This document shows positions 1 through 12,231 of a stretch of DNA of 64,000 nucleotides, piece by piece. The DNA comes from Magallana gigas. Lineage: Eukaryota. Below the pieces are notes generated by a model. The model saw nothing but the letters and a program-made list of their open reading frames with translations. It was not told the DNA's origin and did no database searches. The stretch lies in contig NC_088858.1 in NCBI RefSeq assembly GCF_963853765.1, forward strand, positions 29,636,001-29,700,000. The letters are read 5' to 3'. The position numbers and the translations under genes are program-made. The first letter of the stretch is position 1. Each line of letters starts with the position of its first letter.

Positions 1-583
1 GTGAATGCAGGACTGTTTGCCTTGAAAGACTGTTCACGCTGAAACATTTCGCCCCGAGACGTTTTGCCAAATTTAACTATGTGGTAACTACCACTTGTTC
101 CCAGTAATCATTAAATTAATGTCTTTATACCCATTGAATCAATATAATCAATTTATATGGGATTTACTAAAGATCTCACAAACTTTAAAAGACCTGATTG
201 AGATAACACACCTGTTGATATTTTATCTCTATGGTAGAAAAAATTACAATTCTATCATTATATGATATCTTAATATCATTTAAATGTGATCATACTTAAA
301 AAAATTGTATACTAGTACGCCCCTTTACTTGAAACCCTCTACCTAAATTATGAAATTAATGACCTCTAGTTCAGGTCCTTGAAAATGTATGAAATTTTAC
401 ATTTTCCTCGATACTTTCAGTTATGGGAGAGGGGTTAGGGTGACAAATATGACCATGATATAAACATGTATTATTTTTAGATCATTTGAGTGACTTGGGT
501 AACTTCGGTTGGTAAACATTAAATAATAAAGTCAGGGTTTAGACTTCAAAATGAAGCTTAAAATGAGACTTCCTGACTATAAT

Positions 584-619
584 ACTCAGGTGAATGTCAA
601 GGCCTGTGAGCCTCTTGTT
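584..619 (-). mobile_element. 5' terminus of a non-autonomous Helitron/Helentron-type (Helitron-N) element, degraded
   Basis: The reverse complement reads AACAAGAGGCTCACAGGCCTTGACATTCACCTGAGT. This matches the 5' end of the full element at 11207 (ACAAGAGGCCAATAGGCCTTAACGGTCACCTGAGT). Confidence 0.65.
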
Positions 620-1984
620 CTTGATACATTACCCAGTTATACAAAAGTAAAGTCAGAATACTCCTGAATTGTAACGGCTGGATCTAATCTACTATGTTTT
701 TTTTTTTACAGATATTACATAAATGTAAATTTTATTCACCTGTATCATCTAACTCTTTGAAACATCAAAACTATTGTAGATGTTGCAGTCTTTTCCAGTA
801 ATTTTTGTTTAACAGAATTGAATATGTACTTAAACATGCTTCACTAGAAGAATAATTACCTTAAATCAGCATTTATTGGTATTGAAAACTCATTTTTGAA
901 GAAACAATTCTGTTTGCAGGTAGGCTTTATGGTTTAATGATTTTTTCATTTCTTGGATATTTAATTCAGTTTGAAATAATTAATTTTTTTTTTAGAAGAA
1001 AAAATAATGATAGAAATGTTTTGTTCTTTGCAAGATCTATATATAGTTCAAAGATCGTATAGATTATTTTAAATGCTGTTTTTTTGTGTCATCATATATG
1101 TGCACTTTGAATGTATGTGAAGTTTATGGATCAGATGACAAAAATCAATTCATATTGTGTGTTCATTACATATTGAACTTGTAACCATTTAATAGAATTA
1201 ATGATATTGTAGGCACAGAGAATGTACTATTGCTGTGCAGGTCGACACCTGTGCTGCTGTGTATTGATTTCATTACAGTGTGTCGTATATTAAACATATA
1301 TCAGGTGTTACAAATTAAACAGATAAAAACGATGTTTAAGGTGTTTCTGTTATTATCAGTGGCTGGTTGGGGACGTATAGGATCATCGCAGTAGCTTCCG
1401 GCAAGTTAAATTGCTGGAAAGAACTACATTTTAATAAGTTCCAATTAATTTTGCTCTTAAATGCCTTGTTAACTTGGAACATTTTTAATGTTTTACCATA
1501 ATTGAAATATCAGTTAAGTCAGGTTACAGAGGAGATACAGAGCTTATGATTCTTTGTTATACAAATAAAGCCCAGGTTGTTAATTTATTTACAAAAAATG
1601 TACTATGAATAAATTTGTCAAATTATCGTATCTTAATCATACAATGACTTGTGACAAGTTAATAAATGTACGCGTATTCATTGTGTTTATAAAATCCCCC
1701 TCCCCCCCAAAAAATGAAATTTTGAACCCTGCAACTCACTTGAAACTTGACAAATAACATTCAGATATTGGGGAAGCATTGGAAATGCCAATTTCAATCA
1801 TTGTAAATAAATAAAATTCAAAGAATTTAGCTGAAATTCTGCCTATATCCGTTCAATGTTGAAATCTGATGAAACAAGAGGCATGGATCTTTTGGGATAT
1901 AATACTTACTACAACATCCACAGTTCTTCAGTTTGCCTAGATGTACATATTGGGTCAAATTGTCCACTTCTGTAGTATGTCTTT

Positions 1985-3135
1985 CCACTACCCTCTTCTG
2001 TTTCATATGACTGACAATCACCCTCTTCTGTGACACGGAGTTAACTTACAATCCGCTCTTTACCACCATCCTCTTCTGTTACATGTAGCTACCACCATTC
2101 ACTTCTGTTACATGTTGCTTACATACCACCATCCTTTTCTGTTACATGTAGTTACCTACCACCATTCTCTTCTGTTATATGTAGCTTACTTACCAACATC
2201 CTCTTCTGTTACATGTAGTTACTTACCAACATCCTCTTCTGTTACATGTAGTTAATTACCACCATTCTCTTCTGTTATATGTCGCTTATTTACTAACATC
2301 CTCTTATGTTACATATAGCTAACCTACCTTACATCATCTTCTGTTACATGTAGTTACTTACCACCATTCTCTTCTGTTACATGTAGTTACTTACCACCAT
2401 TCTCTTCTGTTACATGTAGTTACTTACCAACATCCTCTTCTGCTACATGTAGCTAACCTACCTTACATCATCTTCTGTTACATGTAGTTACTTACCAACA
2501 TCCTCTTCTGCTACATGTAGCTAACCTACCTTACATCATCTTCTGTTACATGTAGTTACTTACCAACATCCTCTTCTGTTACATATAGCTAACCTACCTT
2601 ACATCCTCTTCTGTTACATGTAGTTACTTACCAACATCCTCTTCTGTTACATGTAATTACTTATCAACATCCTCTTCTGTTTCATGTAGCTAATCTACCT
2701 TACATCATCTTTTGTTACATGTAGCTAACTTACCACCATTCTCTTCTGTTACATGTAGCTAACCTACCTTACATCATCTTCTGTTACATGTAGCTAACTT
2801 ACCACCATTCTCTTCTGTTACATGTAGTTACTTACCACCATTCTCTTCTGTTACATGTAGCTAACCTACCTTACATCATCTTCTGTTACATGTAGCTAAC
2901 TTACCACCATTCTCTTCTGTCACATGTAGTTACTTACCACCATTCTCTTCTGTTACATGTAGCTAACCTACCTTACATCATCTTCTGTTACATGTAGCTA
3001 ACTTACCACCATTCTCTTCTGTTACATATATCTTGCTTCTCATTACCCTCTTCTATTAGTACTCACATGTTGCTAACTTACTATCATATTCTTATGTGAC
3101 ATGTTGCAAACTTGCTACCATCCTTTACCGTTACA
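1985..3135. repeat. 33-35 bp minisatellite array (~30+ units) with higher-order structure
   Basis: Constant core TCTTCTGTTACATGTAG followed by a variable linker: TTACTTACCACCATTC, TTACTTACCAACATCC, CTAACTTACCACCATTC or CTAACCTACCTTACATCA. Units are degenerate at both edges. Confidence 0.95.
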
Positions 3136-4393
3136 TTTACCATGGTCTCGTGAGTTAATCTGTTTCAACTTGAGTCATTCATTTTGGTATGATTGTGGAC
3201 TAAAATGTAAAAATGATACCGTATTCTATAGGACTGTCGATGCCCACAGATAGGTTGAGAAACATTAACTGGTCTGGTATGAGGGCCCCTGTCCCTCTTG
3301 AATAGCTTAAGAAATAAGAAAAGTGGAAGTATATATATTTGAATTCTGTTACCCCCCCCCCCCCCCCCCCACCCAAACCTAACCGAAGTCGCTCTGAACT
3401 TATTTCACATGTTTAATGACTTCGTACTTTGAAATCATAGTTATTAAGTACATGTAAATCATGAACTATTGATACACTTTATGGGAAAATAAACATTAAG
3501 AGATCAAGAGATTATATATAGCTCTTTGCAATCACACCTAGAGACAAAGAAAATATTTGTTACTACTCAATGGACGTTACAAATATTCTAAAAAGCAACA
3601 TCAAAAAGGATAGAAATTGAAATGTGCACCCGAATGTTTTCTGCTTATTTTCAATCAATGTGTTTATCGAATTCCCAACCTATAGAGAAGATACTACTGT
3701 AACAATAATGTAGCATAATGACAACGAATGCAAAATGATAACCTACCAACTGCACCATGATCGGACAATTTACGTGAAGATGTATATGACAGTACCTAAA
3801 TCCATTTGAACCATCAATTATAAATGTTCAGCCTTCAAACTATGACAAGTTTCAAAGTCTTTAAGTGATGTAAAGAGGCAATGTTTGTCACTTCACTGAA
3901 CCTATCAAAATTCTAGTGTAATGATTTAAGTAATTTAGTATTAGTTAAACAATGAAAAACAACGACACCAGCAAGTGGTGCTAAATATAATGCATGATAA
4001 CAGAAGTATGTTTTCAATTCAGTTTTTGAATTTCGAATACTAGTATTTTTTTATCGTTTTCAAATATTTTGACAGTAGCAGTTGCGTTCCGGAGTTGAGG
4101 ATGAGTGAGATGGGTCGGGATTCGGCAATATTGATGTTAATTATAATCAAAGTACTAAAGTACTGTCGGGAGTTAATTTTTTTTAAATTATTACCAATTT
4201 TAAAATCAACGATATGTTATGCAAATTTTTATAATATGAATTCTCGAACTTTTCCGACAAGAATTTCGAGAAAACCCCATATGAATCTTGTTGTGTAACA
4301 TCTAAAGATAGCATTAATTCCATCAAACTGTGTATCAGCAATCGAAATGTTTCTAAAAATTGTACACGTCTGGATCCAAGTAATATTGAACTC

Positions 4394-4507
4394 TAGTCTG
4401 GTTCAACCAGACGCTCGGATGTCTCCGTTTATCTCCGACTTCCAAGAGAGACTCTCTGCTTGTCGGAGATTTACGGAGACAGTCGAGCGTGTGGTTGAAC
4501 GAGACTA
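4394..4507. mobile_element. ~114 bp imperfect palindromic (foldback/MITE-like) element
   Basis: The left arm TAGTCTGGTTCAACCAGACGCTCGGATGTCTCCGTTTATCTCCGAC pairs with the right arm GTCGGAGATTTACGGAGACAGTCGAGCGTGTGGTTGAACGAGACTA. The centre is an AGAGAG-A-CTCTCT mini-hairpin, and there is TA at both ends. Confidence 0.75.
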
Positions 4508-5130
4508 TATTGAACTCTTGCGTAAGAATATATGCAACTACAAAAAAATCCCAATTGAATTGTTCGTACTATATAATTTCTGACTATTTTCAAGGTATTT
4601 ATAAATACTTTTCTTTTGAAAAACAATGGTACAGCATACAGTACACCGAATTTATCTATTATTTTTAAGATCTACGTCTTGTCAGCGGTGATGATTTGTG
4701 CTTAGGTCCAAACACTGTTTCACTTTCGGTTTGCCAGAGTAACTGCATAGGAGAGTTGATTAAAATCAACTCACAAAAATCTAGCCTGAATATTCCCGGG
4801 GAAAGAGGGGGTCCGGACCCCCTTAAGACCAGTCCGTGGGTTATTTGCATGGTTGTTGCAATGTTGGAAAATTAGAATTTTAAAACAAACAAGTGAGCTT
4901 AATTAAACTTAAAATCGTGCGCCACGGCATGATCAATGCATAAATCATTTGTGGCAGCATGCGCGCATGTACCAATCTCCGTACTCACTTGCGCAGTAAA
5001 GCATCATCGCTTTTAGTAATAATAAAAAATACCTGCGCGGTATATGCTCGGCTATTCCGTCTTCCGAGATCAAAAATCTGCATTCATGACATCAATTTTA
5101 ACAATTTTTGGTGAAAAATCATTCTTTGAA

Positions 5131-5240
5131 TATTATAAGGTAATCAAGTATACGTTCGTGCATGATCAAATCTATCATAAAGCCCGATGGGCTTCACTGG
5201 ATTTGATCACGTCCCGACCGTATTTAATCACCTCATAATA
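5131..5240. mobile_element. Imperfect palindromic element with a central AAGCCC-GAT-GGGCTT hairpin
   Basis: TATTATAAGGTAATCAAGTATACG...GATCAAATC pairs with GATTTGATC...CGTATTTAATCACCTCATAATA around a triloop hairpin. Confidence 0.6.
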
Positions 5241-5723
5241 CTCGAAGAAAGATTTCTTATTGCTTAATTAATTAAGGCAATTTTCCCAATTTGTATGAAT
5301 GATGGACGACGTTGTTAGTGTTAGGTCCTTGATAAAAGCGATGAACGAGTATACAACTCTCCTTTGAGACAGTCGGAGACTCCGGAGTCTCTCTCCCTTA
5401 CACTCAACAGTCCATGAAAAGAGTTTTCCTGGGTCCCGTGAAAAGAGGAAATAAATAAAAGTAAAAAGTCTAATTTTTAAATTTTTAATTAAATCTCTGC
5501 TTTAGTAGTAAATGATAGGATAATGTATACCTATAGTTGCCAATAATATTGATAATATGTGCAGTATATAGATATATTAGGATTGTGCAGTGTTACGTGA
5601 GGACAGGCAGGCATTGCGTCCTTATATATACATGTAGCTGTTGGCGTTATCAGAAGTGGTGACGCATCTGTTACTGCTCTATGGATAGAATAAAAAAAAA
5701 TCGATCGGTCCAGGAATTCTGCG

Positions 5724-5739
5724 ACTCTAGAGGGCGCTG
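5724..5739 (+). promoter_or_regulatory. CTCF-like motif upstream of PHM gene 1
   Basis: ACTCTAGAGGGCGCTG is close to the recalled bilaterian CTCF core CCDCYAGRKGGCRS. This is a motif match only. Confidence 0.25.
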
Positions 5740-5989
5740 AGCATCCCCAAACCTAAACAAAAAATCGATATTCCAGTGAAAGCAGAGAGACTATTGGAAA
5801 TCCGAGCATCAATTTAACGCGTAGGAGTCAAGCTAAGGAATTGTCGCTATAGAAACGCAAATACGTCAATTTTATGTTAATTTTTCGTTGTTTTCTCCAT
5901 ATGTGTTGCTAGTTCTCATTAAGAGGAAACGCCACTGTAGAGGGTTGTATTTTTGTATTTCACTTATATAGAGTGTAAACAAGCCTGGC

Positions 5990-6045
5990 CTCGGGCGCTA
6001 TCTGTGAGGCCGACATTTACATCACGACAGGACTGCGATAAGATG
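5990..6045 (+). other. PHM: Candidate upstream exon of PHM gene 1 ending in ATG (5' boundary unknown, start coordinate approximate)
   Basis: GATAAGATG|gtaag donor at 6046. The acceptor ttgttttcag ends at 6270. Splicing gives ATG GGA CGA ATG GCC, in frame with the signal peptide. Confidence 0.5.
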
Positions 6046-6276
6046 GTAAGAACATATTATTGTCCAATTTATTTATATTGTGTTTACTTTTTTTCTTTAT
6101 CTCGATGTACATAGAATCTTGTAATAGATCTGAGTGTATAGGATATATCATAGTTATGTTTTAGAGTGACGATTTCAATCAATCACAAATTTATGAATGG
6201 AAATGCATGTTCATATTGACAAATTAGCTGTACTGTCTCGTGTACTAAAACATGGCGTCATTGTTTTCAGGGACGA

Positions 6277-9200
6277 ATGGCCACTAGGGCCATGATTAAA
6301 TTAACGTTGTGCGTGGGGATAATCCTCACGGTCAGGGGTGCCCCCCAGAGGAGGGACACCTCAAAAATCCCCCTTAAAATGCCTCAAGTCTCACCGAAAG
6401 TGGTACGTGTTGCTATCTATGGTTAATTGCTATCTTATGTCAAGCTGTTTTTATGTGATTATTTGTACATGTATTCATAAATTCACAATTGTTGATCTAT
6501 TATTTTCTCTTTTCCTAGAAAGATACGTATCTTTGCCACGCAATAGAGACTAGTCAAAAGAACCCAACATATATCAGTACGTATATAAGTAAAGTACATG
6601 TACAGTAGTTAGATTTCAGTAGTATTCAAGCAATGTCCGGGTTTTATGTCCGTAAAGTTAATACTAATAAGTACCAGTACTTGATGTTTAATACTTATAC
6701 ATGTAACTTGCTGCCTACAAAGATTTTACTTTTAACAAAGCAAGTACGGTTTTCTGATGCTAAAATGTGCTCTAGTTCATGTTTATCTGACATCTCAAAA
6801 AGTGTGATGACATGTATATTTTTTCTAATAATTGATGAAATTGAAGTCTATTAAGTTGAAATCAGTTCTGTTTTTCAACTTTCATCAGAGAATTTTACGA
6901 GTATGGAGTTACCTTAACACCTTAGAAACGTGATTGAACAAAGAATTAAGAACTTGACTGTCACATGTATTTTTGTTTTTTATTTAGCCGGGTTTGAACC
7001 AGATGCCAATAAAGACATAGCACATCACATACTGATCTACGGATGCACGACCCCCGGGAGTCGGGATAGCGTGTGGTAAGGCGAGGACTAAGGTTCAAAA
7101 TTGTGTATCTAAAAAATAGATACTTCATTTAGAAAAGCTCCATTTTGTGCATGTATGCTGTGTCTTCTACAGGCCAAGGCAAAATGGAGTAATCTAAGGG
7201 ATGGCTATTACATTTATAATGATATCCCTTTTTAATCTGTATATCAAAATACTCTGGACTGGGACAAAATGAAAACAAAACTGAGCTCATATCTTGAATA
7301 TTTCACAGGAATTGTGGGGAAATGTCTCATACTACAGAAGAATATTCAACTGCAGGGGTATGTGGGAGCGGATCTCAAATTGTGTATGCTTGGGCAATGG
7401 ATGCGCCTAGTCTCACATTGCCGAAAGGTAAGGCATAGCTATTTATATAATGTTCACACTGACATTTCATGGCTTTTCATTTTTTGCTATTACATGTATA
7501 CCCTAATATTAATGGAAAAAACACAGGTTGAGCCAGAAATTCAAACACTGTACCGATTGATGAACTGTAAAAACAAAGATGATTTTGTGATACATGTATA
7601 TCCATGTCGCATGCACCTATGATTCGTTTGCTATAGTAATATGATCTATGCTACAGATGTGGGCTTCAAAGTTGGCGGCGACTCGGATATCAAGTATTTA
7701 GTCCTGCAGGTCCATTACAAGAATGTGGACAATTTCCTTCCGCCCAGTAAGTACTGTATGGACACTAGTCAGAAATACTGTCAACCACACCCAGAAATAG
7801 TACTTAATGAAAAATACAAGTACTGTACATTGAATACAAAATAGTCCAATCAGTTTATTAAATTATATAACGAATCATATCACACACGTGTAAAGTTTAG
7901 CTGTGAGTTAGAAGCAGACGATTATAATGCTCCGTGATCTTTGTTTCAGAGAATGAGAAGGACAGTTCTGGTGTGACCCTCCTAACTACCAGCACCCCGT
8001 GAGTACCCCCCCCCCCCAAAAAAAAAAAACCCACCCCACCCACCAAAAAAAAATTACCAGTCACATATAACTGGACTTCCCATTACCAAAAAGTTACTTT
8101 TCGGTTCTTAATATCACAAATGTCAACCATTTTAATTATGTTTTTTTTTTATTTAGGATGCCACGCTCAGCCGGTGTGTACCTACTGGGGACCGGCGGAA
8201 GTATCCCCCCGAAATCTGTGGGTGAGTGTAGCCAGAACCCCCCTCTGACACTTTTTTTATGATAGGTACTTATAAGTTTAAGAATTCTGACTGGATTTTA
8301 TTTGTGTGTGGTAGAGTACATGGAGACTGCCTGTGAACTGCGCGAGGACAGCGTGATGCACCCCTTCGCCTTCCGAACACACGCCCACACACACGGTAAG
8401 TTAAACAGGTGTAATATAATGATAGTTTTTTCATTGTTACATATGAATACATATATACGGAAATCTGACGGGATATTGTTGGTGATTTAGGTGAAGTGAC
8501 CGCCGGATATCGTATCAGAGACGGGAAATGGACAGAAATCGGCAGAATGAGCCCCCACAAACCACAGGTAAGGCAACTAGTACAAGTACTAGTAATCACT
8601 CTGATCTATGTCACAAACTTATAACAGCTGTATTAACTGAGCGATCTTTTAGTTGTTTTGTAATGGAAGGAGGCGGTCGTGTGTCTTGATATAGGCAGGA
8701 TCGCATGATCAAAAACATATTTAATGTAAAAATTGCACAACTTCATTTACACACTGTCCCTTGATTTCGTGTTTCAAAAATAGTAATGTTAACCCTCGCA
8801 TGCCCAGGTTGACTTAAATAGCTTCAGCAATGTCACATTTACTTGCATGAAAAAAAGTGAACCACACACGTGTGTTTTGTGCGTTTATATGAACTCACAT
8901 TCTTCAAAATACATGTACCCAAACTGAAAAATTTGAATACTGCGTGGTCTTTAAGCTCATATTTTCGGACCGGGTGTAGTAAAAATCCTTTACAATCCTT
9001 AATGCTTATCAAACTGACGATCTATCAATTGATCGTTTTCATCATGCCCACTTTTTAATTAAGGATACAGCATTAAATCTAAAATTATTCTTTAAATTTA
9101 TTAGATACATTTATTTGTCAAGATCACTGTATTATTGCATTGTGTATAGATTTGGTACGTAGTTTCATGTGGGTGTCGCCGACTCCCTCCTTTTCTCAAA

Positions 9201-10123
9201 GAAATTGTCTTTAGAAAATAAAGCGACACACAAATTACACTTTTTGTTGGGTCCCTCACTGTACAGTAGAACTATAATAGCTCTGCGGTCCGTTAACCCG
9301 AATTTCCCGTAGAGCTACAGTTCTGCACCTAAAGTATAGCCACTCACTTTGACAAACGACGATACTGCTTCTTATTTTTTTATGCTTTTTTTTTCAAAAT
9401 CAGATTTAGCAAATAATGAGCCTTACTTCATTGCAATCTTTATTACAGATGTTTTACAACGTCACGAGTCCTGGTATAGAGGTCCGCCAGGGAGACATTT
9501 TGGTGAGTGATCGAGACCGAGGCTGTGTGATTCATAGCGAAGCCGAGTTAGACCAGACTGGTCTTTGACTTTCATAATTACGGTATAATCAATTCATAAC
9601 TGTTGACGTGACTCTGAGATGAATGAATGTAAATAGAGTTTGTCTTTTGTAGGCTGCTAGATGCACAATGAAAAATGATGAGTCAAGAACCATCCAGATT
9701 GGGTAAGAAAACAGTCTGATAAAATAGATGAATAAAAAGGACACTGCTCAATGCTATATTTAGCGTCAACTCATTTTCTCTTCCAGAGCTACCCAGAACG
9801 ACGAGATGTGTAATTTCTACATCATGTATTTTGTGGACGGAACACGAACCGCTGTAAACCACAACTGTTTCACGGCAGGACCGCCATACTATTACTGGGA
9901 CAACTCGCCGCTCAAACACAAGATGAATCTCAAAGACGCCCCGCAAACAGCCAGTCTAATCCCAGACAAAAATGTCTACCTCAAGATCTCATCTCCCTCA
10001 CATCCGGGTATTTCGCAAAAGGATGTGACGTTGGATGAGAACTTACAAGACCGTCGCCTGGCACGTCTGCTGGACTACCTTAATAATGCGTATGGCGATC
10101 CCGACTACTATCCACCATTGTAG
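6277..10123 (+). CDS. PHM: Peptidylglycine alpha-hydroxylating monooxygenase, monofunctional (no PAL domain), paralog 1; 12 coding exons, 397 aa
   Basis: Exons 6277-6402, 6519-6576, 6988-7075, 7309-7427, 7657-7746, 7950-7998, 8157-8221, 8315-8395, 8491-8567, 9449-9502, 9653-9702, 9787-10123. All introns are GT-AG and phase-consistent (1194 nt). Signal peptide MATRAMIKLTLCVGIILTVRG. Motifs: MPQVSP-DTYLC, AHHILIYGC (CuH His pair), YAWAMDAP, VGFKVGG, LQVHY, FRTHAH (CuM His pair plus substrate Arg), DEMCNFYIMY (CuM Met). Eight Cys at the expected positions. Confidence 0.97.
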
Positions 10124-10247
10124 ACACCACGTGTCTTCTCTGTTTACGGGGCTCACTAAAGGGACTACTATTTTTATTTCTTCTTTATTTTTAAGAATGG
10201 GACAAAGAATACACACTATATATCTTCCACTTTCTTAATGACGTTCG

Positions 10248-10305
10248 GCTCAGCACAGTCGGTTAAGCGCACGCATGCGTATGACCCCCCATGGGTTTAG
10301 AAATG
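10248..10305 (+). other. Degenerate tRNA-like (SINE-head-like) relic in the PHM1 3' UTR
   Basis: GCACAGTCGGTTAAGCGC resembles a D-arm/A-box. GGGTTTAGAA lies ~42 nt downstream, at T-loop/B-box spacing. No complete cloverleaf can be drawn. Confidence 0.25.
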
Positions 10306-10666
10306 TCTGGTTGTTTTATCTTTTATCTTCATATTTACAAAATTTTAGTAATGCTTTTTATGCCAGATCTTGCAAAGTGCTGAAAATTTTAATGGATGAT
10401 TTTACATTTTAAAACTTAAGCCACAGTTTTGCTCTTACTAATCTATTGTGTCCCATTCGTCCTAAAGTATACATCCTAAAAAAAGGTCAATTCTGTCTCA
10501 GTAAGGATTTTTATTTTAAAACGAATTTGACATATATAAAATTTACTGCTTTTTTAGCGACAAGTGTTCATTTTATTTTGATGTTCAAATGCATATTCAA
10601 GGGTCAAGTTGGTATTGTTTGTTATTACAATGTTTATTTCAATGTTGGATATGTTTAAATGTTTTA

Positions 10667-10672
10667 AATAAA
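10667..10672 (+). terminator. Candidate polyadenylation signal of PHM gene 1
   Basis: AATAAA ~545 nt after the TAG stop, at the end of a U-rich 3' UTR. Confidence 0.5.
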
Positions 10673-11064
10673 GTTTTCAAAAACTGCACTGTGAGATGCC
10701 TACAAAAGATATTGAATATTACGTTTGATAAAGAATGAAAAAGAAATCCGTTTGAGAAAAGATAAAAAATTCTAAATAACGGTTATCGAAATAAACTATT
10801 ACAAATGTGCAACTTGTAAGAATCGAACTTAATGTTTCAAAACATAATTCAAGGGAAACAACTTGTATGTCATCAAAACATGTATGTCCTGTTGTATCGT
10901 ATGTAAGTTAACTTATAACATACAGTACATTTAATAATGTTTTCTACACACAAATGACAAATGGTCTGGGTTTTAGAAAATCATATCGCATAATTGATTG
11001 AAAAAAAACTGAACTTCATTTATTGTACAACGATTGATAAGCAAGTTCTTCAACTTATATTAAT

Positions 11065-11175
11065 CTCTCGTTGGCACGGATGTTAGCGCGAGGGGGTCAT
11101 TGGTGTGGGAAGAAGCCGGAGTACCCGGAGAGGACCACGTGCCCAAGCGGGCGACCGCCATACCCTGTCACATAC
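11065..11175 (+). mobile_element. SINE core fragment resembling the V-domain (V-SINE-like)
   Basis: GC-rich island GTGGGAAGAAGCCGGAGTACCCGGAGAGGACCACG, matching the recalled V-domain consensus GTGGGAGGAAACCGGAGYACCCGGAGGAAACCCAC. Confidence 0.5.
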
Positions 11176-11206
11176 AAGCATAATAGATTAAAAGGGTTAA
11201 AAATAT

Positions 11207-12231
11207 ACAAGAGGCCAATAGGCCTTAACGGTCACCTGAGTAGCATATAACTTATACATAAACTTGTCGAGGAGTCTCATATATTCATTTAATTGGGTTT
11301 CATTCTGGAGTTGAAAAATTATAAATTTGTAATGACGACCACCTCCCTGTCTGAAATCTTGAACTATGAAACCTATAATTTTGGCGAAAAACTAAAAGAT
11401 CTGGTCTACAAAATCATGAATTCAGTTTTCCTTTCAGGTGTGTGGGAGTAAAGAAGAAAAATTTTAAACATTATATGCATTAACACCTATGCATCCAATT
11501 TGGCCCTGCCCTAGAGTCAAAACCCATACTCCAGGGGACATGACATTTAAAATTTTAGTAGAGGACTTCCTGGTAAACATAACTATGAAGTCAGCTTTTC
11601 ATACAGATGTGTGAGAAGAGAGAAGAAGATTTTAAAACATTATATGCATTAACACTATATTGTCATATTGCCCCCCCCCCCCCCCCCCCCATGTCCTGAA
11701 CCCCTAACACAGGGGCCATGAATTTCATAATTTTGGTAGAGGGCTTCATGGACATCATAATCATGCATTTAGTATTTTTTACAAATATATATGGGAGTAG
11801 AGAAGAAGATTCTCTAAGATTTAATACATTTTTACTATAGGCCATATTGGCCCCGCCCTAGAGCCAGAACCCCTGACCCAGGGGCCATGAATTTCAAAAT
11901 TTTGGTAGAGGGCTCCATGGACATCATAACTGTGCAACCTTTTTTTTCTCACATGTGTGGGAGTAGAGAAGAAGATTTTTAGAAAACTTGGCTTTTTATT
12001 GCATATTTGGCCCCACCTGTGGCGCCCCAGGGGTGGTAGAGCCATGAATTTCATAATTTAGATTTCTCTTACATGTACCATAGAGATGCCTCACACCAAA
12101 AATGGTAACAATTAGCTTTGTAGTTTTTAAGAAGAAGTTACAAATATAAAATTGTTAACGGACGACGCACGACGACGGACGAAAACGGATAGCAATAGGT
12201 CACCTGAGTTTACTCAGGTGACCCATTAAAA
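11207..12231 (+). mobile_element. Non-autonomous Helitron/Helentron (Helitron-N/HINE-type) carrying about four Cg170-like ~166-180 bp satellite units
   Basis: 5' end ACAAGAGGCC...GGTCACCTGAGT. The internal marker AGAAGAA recurs at 11452, 11621, 11801 and 11967. A GACGAC/GACGGA microsatellite lies near the 3' end. A perfect 12-bp stem GGTCACCTGAGT-TT-ACTCAGGTGACC at 12198-12223 repeats the 5' subterminal motif and is followed by an A-rich end. Confidence 0.85.

Noticed and set aside
3-83. Open frame ECRTVCLERLFTLKHFAPRRFAKFNYV followed by gtaact at the window start
   Set aside because: It could be the end of an exon, but it is cut by the window edge, matches no family I recognise, and no consistent downstream exon was found.
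1985-3135. Minisatellite as a repetitive coding region, or as an array of splice sites (GTAAGT and TAACAG in minus-strand units)
   Set aside because: The 33-bp minus-strand unit has stops in all three frames, and the implied introns (~21 nt) are too short to splice.
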